DNA of 64,000 nt from Escherichia coli (GCF_016026235.1 NZ_CP065613.1); one strand, 5' to 3'. Positions 1 to 11,069 are shown, counted from the stretch's first letter. The notes: generated by a model not told the origin, from the sequence alone. A program made the numbers and translations.

Positions 1-34
1 ACGAAACCATTCGTATCCGGCATTCTTCAATAGA

Positions 35-2353
35 TTACAACGTAATTGTCAGCGCATTCCCTTGAGGAGTCACCACCAGTCCCTGCTCACTTTCAGCCTG
101 CGAACCGCCTTGCAGACCATTTACTTTCACAACATTGCGCAAGCACAGCGTCCAGTTCTTCGCCTCGCCCGCACCAGTCACAGTAATCGTGTTGCCAGTA
201 CGTGCTGCTTTTAAAGTAAAGATCACCGAACCGTCAGCAGCGGGCACTTCACAGACGGCTTCATGCCCGTCTTGCAGTTTAAAGAGCTGGAATGCCGTAC
301 CTTCGTGCCACGCGTAATCGGGACGTTGATCGTTGTTGCCCAGCGCCAGTAGGGTGTTATCACGCACATAAACGGGCAGACTCAGGAAGCCGTGCTGCTG
401 TTTATGCCAGCGACTACCGTCGAGCTCATCGTTGTGCCACAGGTGTGTCCAGCGACCTTCCGGCAAGTAGAACTGCACCTCGCCCTCCTCAGTGAACACC
501 GGAGCAACCATCACGTTGTCGCCTAGCATGTATTGACGGTCAAGGTAATCACAAGCCGGATCGTCCGGGAACTCCATCATCATGGCCCGCATCATCGGCG
601 TACCCCGCGCGTTCGCACGCGCAGCTTCACGATACAGATACGGCATCATGCGGCATTTCAGTTGCGTGAAGAAGCGCACCACATCACAGGACTCATCATC
701 GTAGGCCCACGGCACACGATAAGATTTGCTGCCATGTAAACGACTATGGCTGGAGAGCAAACCAAACGCGCACCAGCGTTTGTAAACGTGCGCCGGCGCG
801 GTATTCTCAAAGCCGCCGATATCGTGGCTCCAGAAGCCAAAACCTGAAAGGCCAATAGACAAACCACCGCGCAGGCTTTCCGCCATTGATTCGTAGTTAG
901 CGTAACAGTCGCCACCCCAGTGTACCGGGAATTTCTGCGCACCGACGGAGGCCGAGCGGGCAAACAAGACAGCTTCTTCCTCACCAACGGTGTCCTTGAG
1001 CACGTTCCACACCAGTTCGTTGTAGATGTACGCATAATGGTTATGCATTTTCTGCGGATCGGAACCGTCAAACCACTGAACATCAGTTGGGATACGTTCG
1101 CCAAAGTCGGTCTTAAAGCAATCAACGCCCATCGCGACCAGACCTTTCAGTTTGTCGGCGTACCATTTGCAGGCATCCGGATTGGTAAAGTCATAAATCG
1201 CCAGACCTGGCTGCCATTTATCCCACTGCCATAGCGAACCGTCCGGGCGTTTGAGTAAATAGCCTTTCTCTTGTAACTCTTTAAAGACGGGGGATTTTTG
1301 ACCGATATAGGGGTTAATCCAGACGCAGATTTTCAGCCCTTTCGCTTTCAGGCGGCGGATCATCCCTTCCGGGTCAGGGAAAGTCAGCGGGTCCCACTCA
1401 AAATCGCACCACTGGAAGGCTTTCATCCAGAAACAGTCAAAGTGGAAAACATGCAGCGGCAGATTGCGTTCCGCCATACCATCGATAAAGCTGTTTACCG
1501 TCGCTTCGTCGTAGTTGGTGGTAAATGAAGTGGTTAGCCACAGGCCGAAGGACCACGCGGGCGGCAGCGCCGGACGACCAGTAAAGCGGGTATAACGATC
1601 AAGTACCGCTTTCGACGTCGGGCCGTCGATAACAAAGTATTCGAGATATTCACTCTCAACGCTGAACTGCACTTTGGAGACTTTCTCCGATCCCACTTCA
1701 AAAGAGACACACTGGGGATGATTGACCAGTACCCCATAACCACGGTTAGTCATGTAGAACGGGATATTTTTATACGCCTGTTCAGTACTTGTGCCGCCGT
1801 CCCGGTTCCAGGTCTCTACCGTCTGGCCATTGCGCACCAGGGCAGTAAAGCGCTCTCCCAGACCGTAAACTGTTTCGCCAACGCCAAGATCAAGCCGCTC
1901 AAACATATAATTGCGTTGATTATTCGTGTCCTGCACGTAGCCATTATTTTTCACCTGACTACCGGTAATACGTTCGCCGTTGCGCAGAAAATCCAGTGAC
2001 CAGAACTCACCTTTGCTGACACGCGCGCTTAAGTTGCCACTTTTAAACTCAGCATAACGTTCTGTGTTTTCGATTGTGACCTTCACGTCCTGCAAAATAT
2101 TGAGCGGATAATGAGGGCCGTTATTCAGCGCCCCCTGAAAATGCTCAATCCGCACCCCGACAATACCTTCCTGTGGGGAGAAAAAGCGCAGCGTAAATAA
2201 AGGCGTGTCAAGCTGCCATGTACGTTCACGTACATCACGGGGGGCAGCATAGACCACCATTTCATTACCCTGCTGTTCAACCTCGAACACCTGAAGCGGG
2301 TGAATCAAATTGAGGCCAGGTTGAATCAACCAGTTTCCATCGCTAATTTTCAT
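35..2353 (-). CDS. yicI: alpha-xylosidase, glycoside hydrolase family 31
   Basis: 772-aa ORF; translation recognised as E. coli YicI, same length as I recall. Confidence 0.9.
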   Translation of the reverse strand: MKISDGNWLIQPGLNLIHPLQVFEVEQQGNEMVVYAAPRDVRERTWQLDTPLFTLRFFSPQEGIVGVRIEHFQGALNNGPHYPLNILQDVKVTIENTERYAEFKSGNLSARVSKGEFWSLDFLRNGERITGSQVKNNGYVQDTNNQRNYMFERLDLGVGETVYGLGERFTALVRNGQTVETWNRDGGTSTEQAYKNIPFYMTNRGYGVLVNHPQCVSFEVGSEKVSKVQFSVESEYLEYFVIDGPTSKAVLDRYTRFTGRPALPPAWSFGLWLTTSFTTNYDEATVNSFIDGMAERNLPLHVFHFDCFWMKAFQWCDFEWDPLTFPDPEGMIRRLKAKGLKICVWINPYIGQKSPVFKELQEKGYLLKRPDGSLWQWDKWQPGLAIYDFTNPDACKWYADKLKGLVAMGVDCFKTDFGERIPTDVQWFDGSDPQKMHNHYAYIYNELVWNVLKDTVGEEEAVLFARSASVGAQKFPVHWGGDCYANYESMAESLRGGLSIGLSGFGFWSHDIGGFENTAPAHVYKRWCAFGLLSSHSRLHGSKSYRVPWAYDDESCDVVRFFTQLKCRMMPYLYREAARANARGTPMMRAMMMEFPDDPACDYLDRQYMLGDNVMVAPVFTEEGEVQFYLPEGRWTHLWHNDELDGSRWHKQQHGFLSLPVYVRDNTLLALGNNDQRPDYAWHEGTAFQLFKLQDGHEAVCEVPAADGSVIFTLKAARTGNTITVTGAGEAKNWTLCLRNVVKVNGLQGGSQAESEQGLVVTPQGNALTITL

Positions 2354-2362
2354 TGCCGTTCC

Positions 2363-3745
2363 TTAGTTCTGCACTTCTTGAGAGGTGAATTGTTGCTGGC
2401 AACGGCGTTTGCCCTGAGCCAGCTGTTCCATAACGGTTTTCAGATTGTGCGTCGTGAGTGAGTAGTAGCGTTTAGCGATAATCGCGCTCAGCAAATAACA
2501 GATCGCCGGAACAATCGTGAATAGCGCGATAATGATGCTAATCGTGGCGCTGTTCTGCGCTTTTTCTGCCGCATCATATCCGCCATAAGCCAGCATCCAG
2601 CCGATAAGAGCGCCGCCGAAGGCCAACCCCAGTTTGAGCACAAACAGCGTGCCAGCAAAACTGATCCCGGTCAGGCGTTTACCATTGCACCACTCGCCGT
2701 AATCGACGGTATCGGACATCATTACCCACTGGATAGGTGTCACCAGTTGATGCAACACACCAATCACGAAGATGAAGACAAACATAGTGATGCTGGCCTG
2801 CATGGGAACAAAGAACATTGCGAGGCTAATCACTGCCAGCAGGGCGTTCGTCCACCAGAAGATAGTGACTTTACATTTCCAGTCGGTCAGCGGTTTTGCC
2901 AGTGCGGAACCAATCAGGTTACCCACGCAATAAGTGGTGAGAAAAGCGACAAACACTTCCGGCGTACCCAAAATCCATGTGACGTAATACATCATCGCCC
3001 CACCGCGTACGCACACCGCCAGGATATTGAAAATGGTTAGTAAACCGACAATCCGCCACTGGTCGTTTTGCCAGATATCACGTAAATCTTCCCGCATAGA
3101 CGTCGTTGTAGGTGGTGCTTCAACGCGTTCTTTAGTGGTGAAGAAACAGAATGCCAGCATCATGAATGCCACCACGGAAAGGACCGCGATACCGCCCTGG
3201 AAACCGAGTGGTTTATTATCACCACCAATTAAATTAACCAGTGGCATCATCAGAACAGTAGAGAGCATGCCTCCCGCGGTCGCCAGCACAAAACGCCAGA
3301 ATTGCAGCGAGATACGCTGAGTCGGGTCATTGGTGATTACACCACCCAATGCGCAGTAAGGGATATTGACGACGGTATAAAGTAAGGTAAGTAGGGTGTA
3401 AGTAATTGCTGCATAGATCATTTTTCCGTTCATAGTGAGATCTGGCGTGCTATAGGCCAGTACACAGACGATCCCGAATGGCAGTGCGCCAAACAGTACC
3501 CACGGACGAAATTTACCCCAGCGAGAGCGCGTTCGATCGGCCAACAATCCCATGCAAGGATCGGAAATCGCATCCAGTGCACGAGCGACCAAAAACATGG
3601 TTCCGACAAATCCGGCAGGAATGCCAAAAATATCGGTATAAAAGAACATCATATATAACATTACGTTATCGAAAATAATGTGGCTGGCGGCGTCTCCCAT
3701 GCCATAACCAATTTTCTCTTTAACGGACAACACTTCACTCTTCAT
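2363..3745 (-). CDS. yicJ: sugar:cation symporter (GPH family), likely co-transcribed with yicI
   Basis: Track ORF is 479 aa; trimmed to the internal Met (MKSEVLSVKEK...) giving 460 aa, with an AAGGA-like RBS upstream. Lies 10 nt upstream of yicI on the same strand. Confidence 0.85.
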   Translation of the reverse strand: MKSEVLSVKEKIGYGMGDAASHIIFDNVMLYMMFFYTDIFGIPAGFVGTMFLVARALDAISDPCMGLLADRTRSRWGKFRPWVLFGALPFGIVCVLAYSTPDLTMNGKMIYAAITYTLLTLLYTVVNIPYCALGGVITNDPTQRISLQFWRFVLATAGGMLSTVLMMPLVNLIGGDNKPLGFQGGIAVLSVVAFMMLAFCFFTTKERVEAPPTTTSMREDLRDIWQNDQWRIVGLLTIFNILAVCVRGGAMMYYVTWILGTPEVFVAFLTTYCVGNLIGSALAKPLTDWKCKVTIFWWTNALLAVISLAMFFVPMQASITMFVFIFVIGVLHQLVTPIQWVMMSDTVDYGEWCNGKRLTGISFAGTLFVLKLGLAFGGALIGWMLAYGGYDAAEKAQNSATISIIIALFTIVPAICYLLSAIIAKRYYSLTTHNLKTVMEQLAQGKRRCQQQFTSQEVQN

Positions 3746-4000
3746 CTGCTTTTCCTTGATGCTATAGGGGTGCTGAGACCGATAACGCATTTTGTAAACC
3801 ATCCCTGTGAGAGCGAATATTCCGATATCTGGTTATTAATTTATGATTCTTGTTTTATGTGATCGTGGTAGCGTTAATTCCGCTCATATATCATTGTAAA
3901 ATATGGGTTTTATATGAACTATAATGCTTTCGTGATAATACGCTGCGTGTATTAGGCGGAAAAAACTGATCTGGGGGATGTAGAAACTCAAGGAAGTAGC

Positions 4001-4006
4001 TATAAT
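4001..4006 (+). promoter_or_regulatory. candidate -10 hexamer (TATAAT) for selC
   Basis: Perfect TATAAT about 32 nt upstream of the tRNA 5' end; the -35 is weak. Confidence 0.35.
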
Positions 4007-4037
4007 GCGCCCCGCCTCCATGTAGCAATCGAGGCGC

Positions 4038-4132
4038 GGAAGATCGTCGTCTCCGGTGAGGCGGCTGGACTTCAAATCCAGTTGGGGCCGCCAGCGGTCC
4101 CGGGCAGGTTCGACTCCTGTGATCTTCCGCCA
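4038..4132 (+). tRNA. selC: tRNA-Sec (selenocysteine tRNA)
   Basis: 95-nt sequence GGAAGATCG...TTCGACTCCTGTGATCTTCCGCCA with a long variable arm and encoded CCA; recognised as E. coli selC. Confidence 0.95.
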
Positions 4133-4769
4133 AAATGCCTCTTCTGACGTTCTCCAATCCCTTGTAATACTGTCAATCCAGATATTTTCTACTGCTCAAT
4201 ATTCAATCGGCTTCAGGAATACCTGGTCAAAGGTTTTGTGATGGACGATGAGCAGCTGAAGAATCCGCCTGTCGGTTCTTCTGTCCTCGAACGCATCCGC
4301 GATATTCGCGCCAGCATGCGCCGTGTTTATTTGCAGGTGATTTGCCCCCCTGCTGACTCTCAGCCAACTGTATCGCCATTAAGGTGAAGATGTTGTTTTA
4401 CACGCTCCAGAACACCCTTTTTTATACGACTATTCTATTCCTTTAACAGCTGGCGAAAAAAACTGACCTATAAACCTCACCAATAATCAGACTGCCATCA
4501 AGATTAATTTGTTAATTTAATATATCAAATCAACTTGTTTTATTTTTACTATCAAAAATAGCTCATTGCCTTACTATAATTAATATATAAATTCGGTAAT
4601 TAATTCTTAACATGCTTTTGCTAATAATCTCAATTGCTGGCCCTATAATATTGCGCTAGCATTGCTTTCTGGTTGTATCAGCGATACTCAAAAATTCTTA
4701 ATACAATACTCATTCGACTGGTACTTATTTGTAACTCAGTTATATTTTGTCGCTCGGTGATTCAGAAGA

Positions 4770-5954
4770 ATGCAAAAAACGGCTACCACTCCATCAAAAA
4801 TACTTGATCTCACTGCCGCGGCATTTTTACTTGTCGCCTTTCTGACGGGTATTGCGGGCGCTCTTCAGACTCCTACCCTAAGTATATTCCTCGCAGATGA
4901 ACTGAAAGCCCGTCCTATAATGGTAGGTTTTTTCTTCACCGGTAGCGCTATTATGGGAATTCTGGTCAGTCAATTTCTGGCAAGGCACTCCGATAAACAA
5001 GGCGACCGTAAATTACTGATTCTGCTATGTTGCTTATTTGGAGTGCTGGCCTGCACGCTTTTTGCGTGGAATCGCAACTACTTCATTCTGCTCTCAACGG
5101 GCGTACTTCTGAGTAGTTTTGCTTCCACCGCAAACCCGCAAATGTTCGCCCTCGCCCGTGAACACGCCGATAGAACAGGCCGTGAGACGGTCATGTTCAG
5201 TACATTTTTACGTGCTCAGATCTCGCTTGCCTGGGTTATCGGGCCACCGCTCGCTTATGAACTGGCAATGGGATTTAGTTTTAAAGTGATGTATCTCACC
5301 GCTGCCATCGCATTTGTTGTTTGCGGGCTGATAGTCTGGTTGTTTTTGCCATCAATACAAAGAAATATTCCTGTCGTTACCCAACCCGTAGAAATTTTAC
5401 CCTCCATCCATAGAAAGCGAGATACGCGGCTACTTTTTGTGGTTTGTTCAATGATGTGGGCGGCGAATAATCTCTACATGATAAATATGCCGCTATTTAT
5501 TATTGATGAACTGCATCTAACCGATAAACTGGCTGGAGAAATGATTGGTATCGCTGCCGGTCTGGAAATTCCGATGATGTTAATCGCAGGCTATTACATG
5601 AAACGTATTGGCAAGCGACTATTAATGCTCATTGCTATCGTGAGTGGAATGTGTTTTTACGCCAGCGTACTCATGGCGACGACTCCGGCGGTTGAGCTGG
5701 AATTGCAAATTCTTAATGCCATCTTCCTTGGTATTCTCTGTGGTATCGGCATGCTTTATTTTCAGGACTTGATGCCTGAAAAAATAGGCTCTGCGACAAC
5801 GTTATATGCAAATACTTCACGCGTCGGCTGGATTATCGCCGGCTCTGTTGACGGAATTATGGTTGAAATCTGGAGCTACCATGCGTTGTTCTGGCTGGCG
5901 ATAGGGATGTTGGGTATTGCGATGATTTGCCTGCTGTTTATTAAAGATATTTAG
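4770..5954 (+). CDS. setC: sugar efflux transporter C (MFS)
   Basis: 394-aa multi-pass membrane protein; recognised as SetC. Confidence 0.85.
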   Translation: MQKTATTPSKILDLTAAAFLLVAFLTGIAGALQTPTLSIFLADELKARPIMVGFFFTGSAIMGILVSQFLARHSDKQGDRKLLILLCCLFGVLACTLFAWNRNYFILLSTGVLLSSFASTANPQMFALAREHADRTGRETVMFSTFLRAQISLAWVIGPPLAYELAMGFSFKVMYLTAAIAFVVCGLIVWLFLPSIQRNIPVVTQPVEILPSIHRKRDTRLLFVVCSMMWAANNLYMINMPLFIIDELHLTDKLAGEMIGIAAGLEIPMMLIAGYYMKRIGKRLLMLIAIVSGMCFYASVLMATTPAVELELQILNAIFLGILCGIGMLYFQDLMPEKIGSATTLYANTSRVGWIIAGSVDGIMVEIWSYHALFWLAIGMLGIAMICLLFIKDI

Positions 5955-6064
5955 CTCACCAGTCTGGGCTAAGAAAAATCGGCGTGGCGCAAACAGAGCC
6001 ATCCTCGCCATTTTTGCTATCATGCCTGCATACATAAACGACAAAACAGTATGCAGAGGGAAAA

Positions 6065-6988
6065 ATGGGTTCCACCAGAAAGGGGATGCTGAACGTTCTG
6101 ATTGCCGCCGTGTTGTGGGGAAGTTCAGGGGTCTGCGCGCAATACATCATGGAGCAAAGCCAGATGTCGTCGCAGTTTTTGACTATGACGCGTTTGATAT
6201 TCGCCGGTTTGATTCTACTGACGCTGTCATTTGTTCATGGCGATAAAATCTTTTCTATTATTAACAATCATAAAGATGCCATTAGCCTGCTGATTTTTTC
6301 CGTGGTTGGCGCGCTAACTGTACAGCTCACTTTTTTGCTAACCATCGAAAAATCGAACGCAGCCACGGCAACGGTGCTGCAATTCCTCTCACCGACGATT
6401 ATCGTCGCCTGGTTCTCACTGGTGCGTAAATCGCGCCCGGGCATTCTGGTTTTCTGCGCTATTTTGACATCGCTGGTCGGGACTTTTTTATTGGTGACAC
6501 ACGGTAATCCGACGTCATTATCGATCTCTCCTGCCGCGTTGTTCTGGGGCATTGCCTCGGCATTTGCTGCTGCATTCTATACCACCTATCCCTCAACGCT
6601 AATTGCCCGCTATGGCACGTTACCAGTCGTCGGCTGGAGTATGCTGATTGGCGGTCTGATTCTGTTGCCTTTTTATGCCAGACAAGGAACAAACTTTGTC
6701 GTTAACGGCAGTTTGATTCTGGCGTTTTTTTATTTGGTGGTCATTGGTACGTCCCTGACATTTAGTCTGTACCTGAAAGGAGCACAATTAATTGGCGGTC
6801 CAAAAGCCAGCATTTTGAGCTGTGCAGAACCATTAAGTAGCGCGCTACTCTCTTTGCTGTTGCTGGGGATCACGTTCACATTACCGGACTGGCTGGGAAC
6901 GCTGCTGATTCTGTCATCGGTGATTTTGATTTCAATGGATTCCCGTCGCCGCGCCAGAAAAATAAATCGTCCGGCGCGGCATGAGTGA
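6065..6988 (+). CDS. yicL: EamA/DMT-family inner-membrane transporter
   Basis: 307-aa hydrophobic protein; recognised as YicL. Confidence 0.85.
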   Translation: MGSTRKGMLNVLIAAVLWGSSGVCAQYIMEQSQMSSQFLTMTRLIFAGLILLTLSFVHGDKIFSIINNHKDAISLLIFSVVGALTVQLTFLLTIEKSNAATATVLQFLSPTIIVAWFSLVRKSRPGILVFCAILTSLVGTFLLVTHGNPTSLSISPAALFWGIASAFAAAFYTTYPSTLIARYGTLPVVGWSMLIGGLILLPFYARQGTNFVVNGSLILAFFYLVVIGTSLTFSLYLKGAQLIGGPKASILSCAEPLSSALLSLLLLGITFTLPDWLGTLLILSSVILISMDSRRRARKINRPARHE

Positions 6989-6991
6989 GAA

Positions 6992-7810
6992 TTACCAGCC
7001 AGGCACCGCGCCACCGTTAAAAATGGTTTCTGCCGCTTTAGCGACTTCGGGTGATTGATAAGATTGCAGAAATTCCTTCACGTTTTCTGCATTCTTATTA
7101 TCTTCCCGTGCCACCAAAATATTCACATACGGCGAATTCTTATCTTCAATAAATACGCTGTCGTGCACCGGAGAAAGCCCTGTCTGCTGAATGTAAGTGG
7201 TGCTGATAATCGCTACATCAACTTTGGGATCATCCAGTACGCGCGGAAGCTGCGCCCCCTCGAGTTCCATAATCTGCAAATGACGAGGATTATCGGTTAT
7301 ATCCAGCGCGGTAGGTAATAACCCTTTTCCCTCTTTCAGAGTAATTAGCTTCTCTTTTTGCAACAGTAAAAGTGCGCGACCAAGGTTGGTCGGGTTGTTG
7401 GGGATCGCCACTGTCGCGCCTTCTTTTATTTGCGCCACGGTTGTGATTTTTTTGGAATAACCCGCCATAGGGAAGACAAACGTATTTCCCACCGCTACCA
7501 GTTTATAACCATGCGCCTGATTATCTTGTTCAAGAAAGGGTCGATGCTGGAAGACATTCGCATCAAGTTCGCCATGATTTGTCGCATCGTTCGGTAGCAA
7601 CGAACCGCTAAATCCTACCAGTTCAACATCGAGGCCATATTTCTCTTTTGCCACCTTTTTAGCGACTTCCGCGACATCTTGTTCTGCGCCATTTATAACG
7701 CCAACTTTAATGTGTTTTGCATCGCTGCTACTCTGGTCGCAACCTGCCAGCAGAATTCCGGCCAGCAATAATGCGGCCCCTGTCCGTAGATGATGTGTTG
7801 TCAGTTTCAT
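6992..7810 (-). CDS. nlpA: lipoprotein 28 (NlpA/MetQ family)
   Basis: 272 aa with signal peptide and LAGC lipobox; recognised as NlpA. Confidence 0.9.
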   Translation of the reverse strand: MKLTTHHLRTGAALLLAGILLAGCDQSSSDAKHIKVGVINGAEQDVAEVAKKVAKEKYGLDVELVGFSGSLLPNDATNHGELDANVFQHRPFLEQDNQAHGYKLVAVGNTFVFPMAGYSKKITTVAQIKEGATVAIPNNPTNLGRALLLLQKEKLITLKEGKGLLPTALDITDNPRHLQIMELEGAQLPRVLDDPKVDVAIISTTYIQQTGLSPVHDSVFIEDKNSPYVNILVAREDNKNAENVKEFLQSYQSPEVAKAAETIFNGGAVPGW

Positions 7811-8031
7811 TTTTTTATCCTTTTATTAATGATTACCTGACTATAGCGGTAAGGTCGCTGCGGTTTAAAAAACGAAACGCTATCGATAAGAATAAAAAGG
7901 AATAAAAGTGGAATATAAAGTCTGGCACTTCTTACTGACCACGCAAGCGCGTTTCGTACAGCATGATGAGAGCGATGAAAGCAAACTACACTTATGCTTC
8001 ATTCGATACACATTTGTAAAAGGTTGAATCC

Positions 8032-8325
8032 ATGAAACCAACGACACTACTGCTTATTTTCACTTTTTTCGCTATGCCAGGCATCGTATACGCCGAGTCG
8101 CCTTTTAGCTCACTGCAGTCCGCAAAAGAGAAAACCACGGTATTACAAGATTTACGTAAAATTTGCACGCCACAGGCGTCATTATCAGATGAAGCGTGGG
8201 AAAAGTTAATGTTGTCAGATGAAAACAATAAACAACATATACGCGAGGCCATCGTGGCGATGGAACGTAATAATCAGAGCAATTATTGGGAAGCGTTGGG
8301 TAAGGTAGAATGCCCGGATATGTAA
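8032..8325 (+). CDS. yicS: small secreted protein of unknown function
   Basis: 97 aa with N-terminal signal peptide; position and size match YicS. Confidence 0.7.
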   Translation: MKPTTLLLIFTFFAMPGIVYAESPFSSLQSAKEKTTVLQDLRKICTPQASLSDEAWEKLMLSDENNKQHIREAIVAMERNNQSNYWEALGKVECPDM

Positions 8326-8365
8326 GAACAGCAACAACTACTGACCAACGCTTCTTTACCTGATA

Positions 8366-9556
8366 TCAGGATTTCTTCATTTTCACCTTTGCAGTAACCA
8401 ACAATGCAGTCAGCAACATCAATGTGCCGGACAACATCAACGGCGAAGTCAGACCAATATTATCCAGCGCATAACCGCCGATTGCCGCACCACAGGTATT
8501 AGCAAGCTGAATAACCGCCACCTGAATAGACCCGGCTTTTTCTGCCTGATCGGCCAGCGAGCGGGTGATCCACGTTGACCAGCCGACGGGAACCAATGCA
8601 AAAGTTAGCCCCCAGATAATCGCCACGCCGGTAGCAACGATTTTATCGCTTCCCCACAACGTCAGTACCAACGCACTCACAGCCAGTATTAACGGCGCGC
8701 CTGCTAAGGCCAGTTTTACCGAACGTTTAAGAATGAACGACGAAAGCGACGTACCAATAAAGCTGGCGATACCAAAACTCAACAGCACCAGCGTTAAGCC
8801 ATCCACGCCGAATCCCGCCAGGTTCATATACACCGGGCGAATATACGTGAAGAAAGCAAACTGCCCGGCGAAAGACATGAAGATGGCGATCATCCCTGCC
8901 ATCACACCCGGACGTTGTAATAAGCGGAAAGTATTTTGTTTCTGATGCGAGGGTTCGCCTGGCAGCGAAGGCAATGATTTGATAATCCAGAAAATACACA
9001 ACACGCCCATCACCGCCGCCGCATTAAAGACATTGCGCCAACCGATAAGCTCGCCTAAAAAACTGCCCAACGGCGCGGCAATCACCAGCGCAATAGAAAC
9101 CGCGCCGAAGATCACCGACAGCGCCTTCGGCACCGTACGCGGCGGTACCAGACGCATGGTCAGCGACGCCGACATCGCCCAGAACCCGCCCAGCGCCAGC
9201 CCCAGACAGGCACGACCGATTAAAAGCAAACTGAATGAGTTAGCAAAGGAAACCAGCAAACAGGAGAGCGTCAGCAAAACGGCAAATAAAATAACAACGT
9301 AGCGGCGGTCAGTAGCCTGAATTGTCTGGGTAATAAACAAACTGGCAAACATTGCCACAAAGGCGGTCACGGTCACCGATTGCCCGGCAACCCCTTCCGA
9401 AATGCCTAAATCCTGGGCCATTGGCGTCAACAAACTGACGGGCAAAAACTCAACGATAATCAGACAGGCGACGCAAAACGCCACCGAGAAAACGGCTGAC
9501 CAGTTCGGTCGGGTGATGGCATCCGCGCCGCGGTTTTCGGCAATAAATTCACTCAT
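8366..9556 (-). CDS. nepI: purine ribonucleoside efflux pump (MFS)
   Basis: Track ORF is 438 aa; trimmed to [15 protein letters not shown]... giving 396 aa, the length I recall for NepI. Confidence 0.85.
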   Translation of the reverse strand: MSEFIAENRGADAITRPNWSAVFSVAFCVACLIIVEFLPVSLLTPMAQDLGISEGVAGQSVTVTAFVAMFASLFITQTIQATDRRYVVILFAVLLTLSCLLVSFANSFSLLLIGRACLGLALGGFWAMSASLTMRLVPPRTVPKALSVIFGAVSIALVIAAPLGSFLGELIGWRNVFNAAAVMGVLCIFWIIKSLPSLPGEPSHQKQNTFRLLQRPGVMAGMIAIFMSFAGQFAFFTYIRPVYMNLAGFGVDGLTLVLLSFGIASFIGTSLSSFILKRSVKLALAGAPLILAVSALVLTLWGSDKIVATGVAIIWGLTFALVPVGWSTWITRSLADQAEKAGSIQVAVIQLANTCGAAIGGYALDNIGLTSPLMLSGTLMLLTALLVTAKVKMKKS

Positions 9557-9783
9557 GGTGTTACCCGTGGCATGTTTCAGGGGAAAAGCCGACCACTTTA
9601 ACATTGAAATGTGTGACGCATTTAACGTTTTTGCAACTTTTACGGTGTTGTGGGAAAAGTTCGAGGCTGCTCGAAGAAACAAAAATCATAGGGCAAGCTG
9701 ATATGCATTTTCGCGATTGGGTTGGGAATAAGGGATAAAGTATTGCACTTGGTGATATACTTTAATAACAGGACCTCAACGAT

Positions 9784-10143
9784 ATGCGCGTGTTTAAAAC
9801 CAAATGGTTTGCAAGGGAAGCCAGGTCTCATGCAATAACAGATGAAGAGTTGTGCCGGGCCATTTTAGAAACGGAGCAAGGTAAAGCTGATGCACTTGGT
9901 GGTGGCGTTTTTAAAAAGCGCCTTCACCAAAATCGTGAGCGTGCAATTATTCTGGCAAAAGGGGGAAGCAATTGGTTTTACACGTTTTTATATGCAAAAC
10001 AGGATATGTCGAACATCAATAGTCAGGAACTGGCTGGGTTTCGTGAACTTGCAAAGCATTATGCCTTCCTGACGAAAGCCCAGCTAACAGCAATGATTAA
10101 CACTAAAGAACTGACAGAGATCTGCTATGACTGCAAAAACTAA
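9784..10143 (+). CDS. putative type II toxin, RelE/ParE superfamily (HigB-2-like)
   Basis: 119-aa basic protein; overlaps the downstream HTH gene by 17 nt (ATGACTGCAAAAACTAA). Family assignment is from architecture and recalled resemblance, not a search. Confidence 0.55.
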   Translation: MRVFKTKWFAREARSHAITDEELCRAILETEQGKADALGGGVFKKRLHQNRERAIILAKGGSNWFYTFLYAKQDMSNINSQELAGFRELAKHYAFLTKAQLTAMINTKELTEICYDCKN

Positions 10144-10450
10144 ATTTAAAAGTCCTGCATTTGAGGCTATTCACAGCGCAGCGGCTGGATTGTCCAGCGT
10201 CGATGCTATTTCTGCCGAAACAATGCGTACTTTTGACAAAGCCTGCCTGACCAGCGTGCAAGACTTACAACCTGTTGAGATAAAAGCACTGCGGGAAAAA
10301 TTAAAAGTGAGTCAGCCCGTCTTCGCTCACTATCTCAATACCAGCGTTTCAACTGTACAAAAATGGGAAAGTGGCGCTAAACGCCCCAATGGCATTTCAT
10401 TAAAACTGCTCAGCATTGTGCAAAAACACGGGCTGGATGTGCTGCTGTAA
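10127..10450 (+). CDS. putative antitoxin, helix-turn-helix (Xre-like) DNA-binding protein
   Basis: 107 aa with a C-terminal HTH-like segment (...SQPVFAHYLNTSVSTVQKWESGAKRP...); translationally coupled to the upstream toxin-like gene. Confidence 0.55.
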   Translation: MTAKTKFKSPAFEAIHSAAAGLSSVDAISAETMRTFDKACLTSVQDLQPVEIKALREKLKVSQPVFAHYLNTSVSTVQKWESGAKRPNGISLKLLSIVQKHGLDVLL

Positions 10451-10491
10451 ATAGAACGTAGATAATGCGTCACCTACTGTCAGTTCCGATA

Positions 10492-10562
10492 CCGGATGCG
10501 GCGTGAACGTCTTATCCACCCACCAGCTCAGGCGCGGTCTGTAGGCTGATAAGACGAAGCGG
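10492..10562. repeat. pair of REP-like palindromic units (BIME-like)
   Basis: CCGGATGCGGCGTGAACGTCTTATCC and GTAGGCTGATAAGACGAAGCGG in opposite orientation; resemble E. coli REP consensus. Confidence 0.5.
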
Positions 10563-10564
10563 TT

Positions 10565-11017
10565 TTAATGCAGCCAGTGAACGCCCTCGGCAGGCTGAAA
10601 GAATGCGTTATAGCGCATCTGAAAAGCATTAATATCCTGCATTTCAGGTTCAGTTTCGCGCAGAAAACCCAGCGCCAGCCTGACCTGAGCATCGGTAATC
10701 GGCGCGGCAAGGCGGGCTTTTTGTAAAATCCGATGCCATTGCAGCAGGTTCTGTTCGCTACCATCGACAATGACAATTTGCCAGATGAGCAACACCTGCG
10801 CGGCGTTTTGCAGGTGCGACTCATCCGGACGATGCAAATAACGTAAAAATTCGTCACCAGCTGACTTTCCCATTTGATCGACCATCGACTCCACGGGTAC
10901 GACATCGATATTCAGCCGATCGCTGAGACGGCGAATCGCTTTTCTGGCCCCGGATGTCAGCACCCGAAAACCAACCACAAACACTACCGCCAGCGTGGCG
11001 AGCATTATCCAGATCAT
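10565..11017 (-). CDS. yicN: DUF1198-type membrane protein
   Basis: Track ORF is 185 aa; trimmed to MIWIMLATLAVVFVV... (150 aa). Start choice is uncertain. Confidence 0.7.
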   Translation of the reverse strand: MIWIMLATLAVVFVVGFRVLTSGARKAIRRLSDRLNIDVVPVESMVDQMGKSAGDEFLRYLHRPDESHLQNAAQVLLIWQIVIVDGSEQNLLQWHRILQKARLAAPITDAQVRLALGFLRETEPEMQDINAFQMRYNAFFQPAEGVHWLH

Positions 11018-11069
11018 GAGTTCTCCTGCGTAATCAAAACTCATGATATCTGGAAACCCTCGCCAGTTA

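Noticed and set aside
658-1125. Minus-strand 155-aa ORF inside yicI, and the many similar 60-170 aa track ORFs lying inside or antisense to long recognised genes (e.g. 24785-25003 and 24807-25127 in emrD, 60048-60581 in tnaA, 62499-63071 in mdtL).
   Set aside because: They are fully embedded in genes with clear identities, have Arg/Pro/Ser-rich low-complexity translations typical of shadow frames in GC-rich coding DNA, and lack plausible ribosome-binding sites.
2363-3802. N-terminal extensions of track ORFs (yicJ, nepI, uhpA, dgoT, yidE, ibpB, yidQ, yidX, yidP, glvC, dnaA and others).
   Set aside because: The track starts at the first possible start codon, including GTG/TTG. Internal starts match known protein lengths and have better Shine-Dalgarno spacing, so the extensions are probably not translated.
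4056-4241. 61-aa plus-strand ORF overlapping selC.
   Set aside because: It runs through the tRNA gene itself; the translation is Arg/Ser-rich and implausible.
4133-4769. Possible pathogenicity island or prophage at selC.
   Set aside because: No integrase, no duplicated tRNA 3' end and no foreign gene content; setC follows after a short AT-rich spacer.
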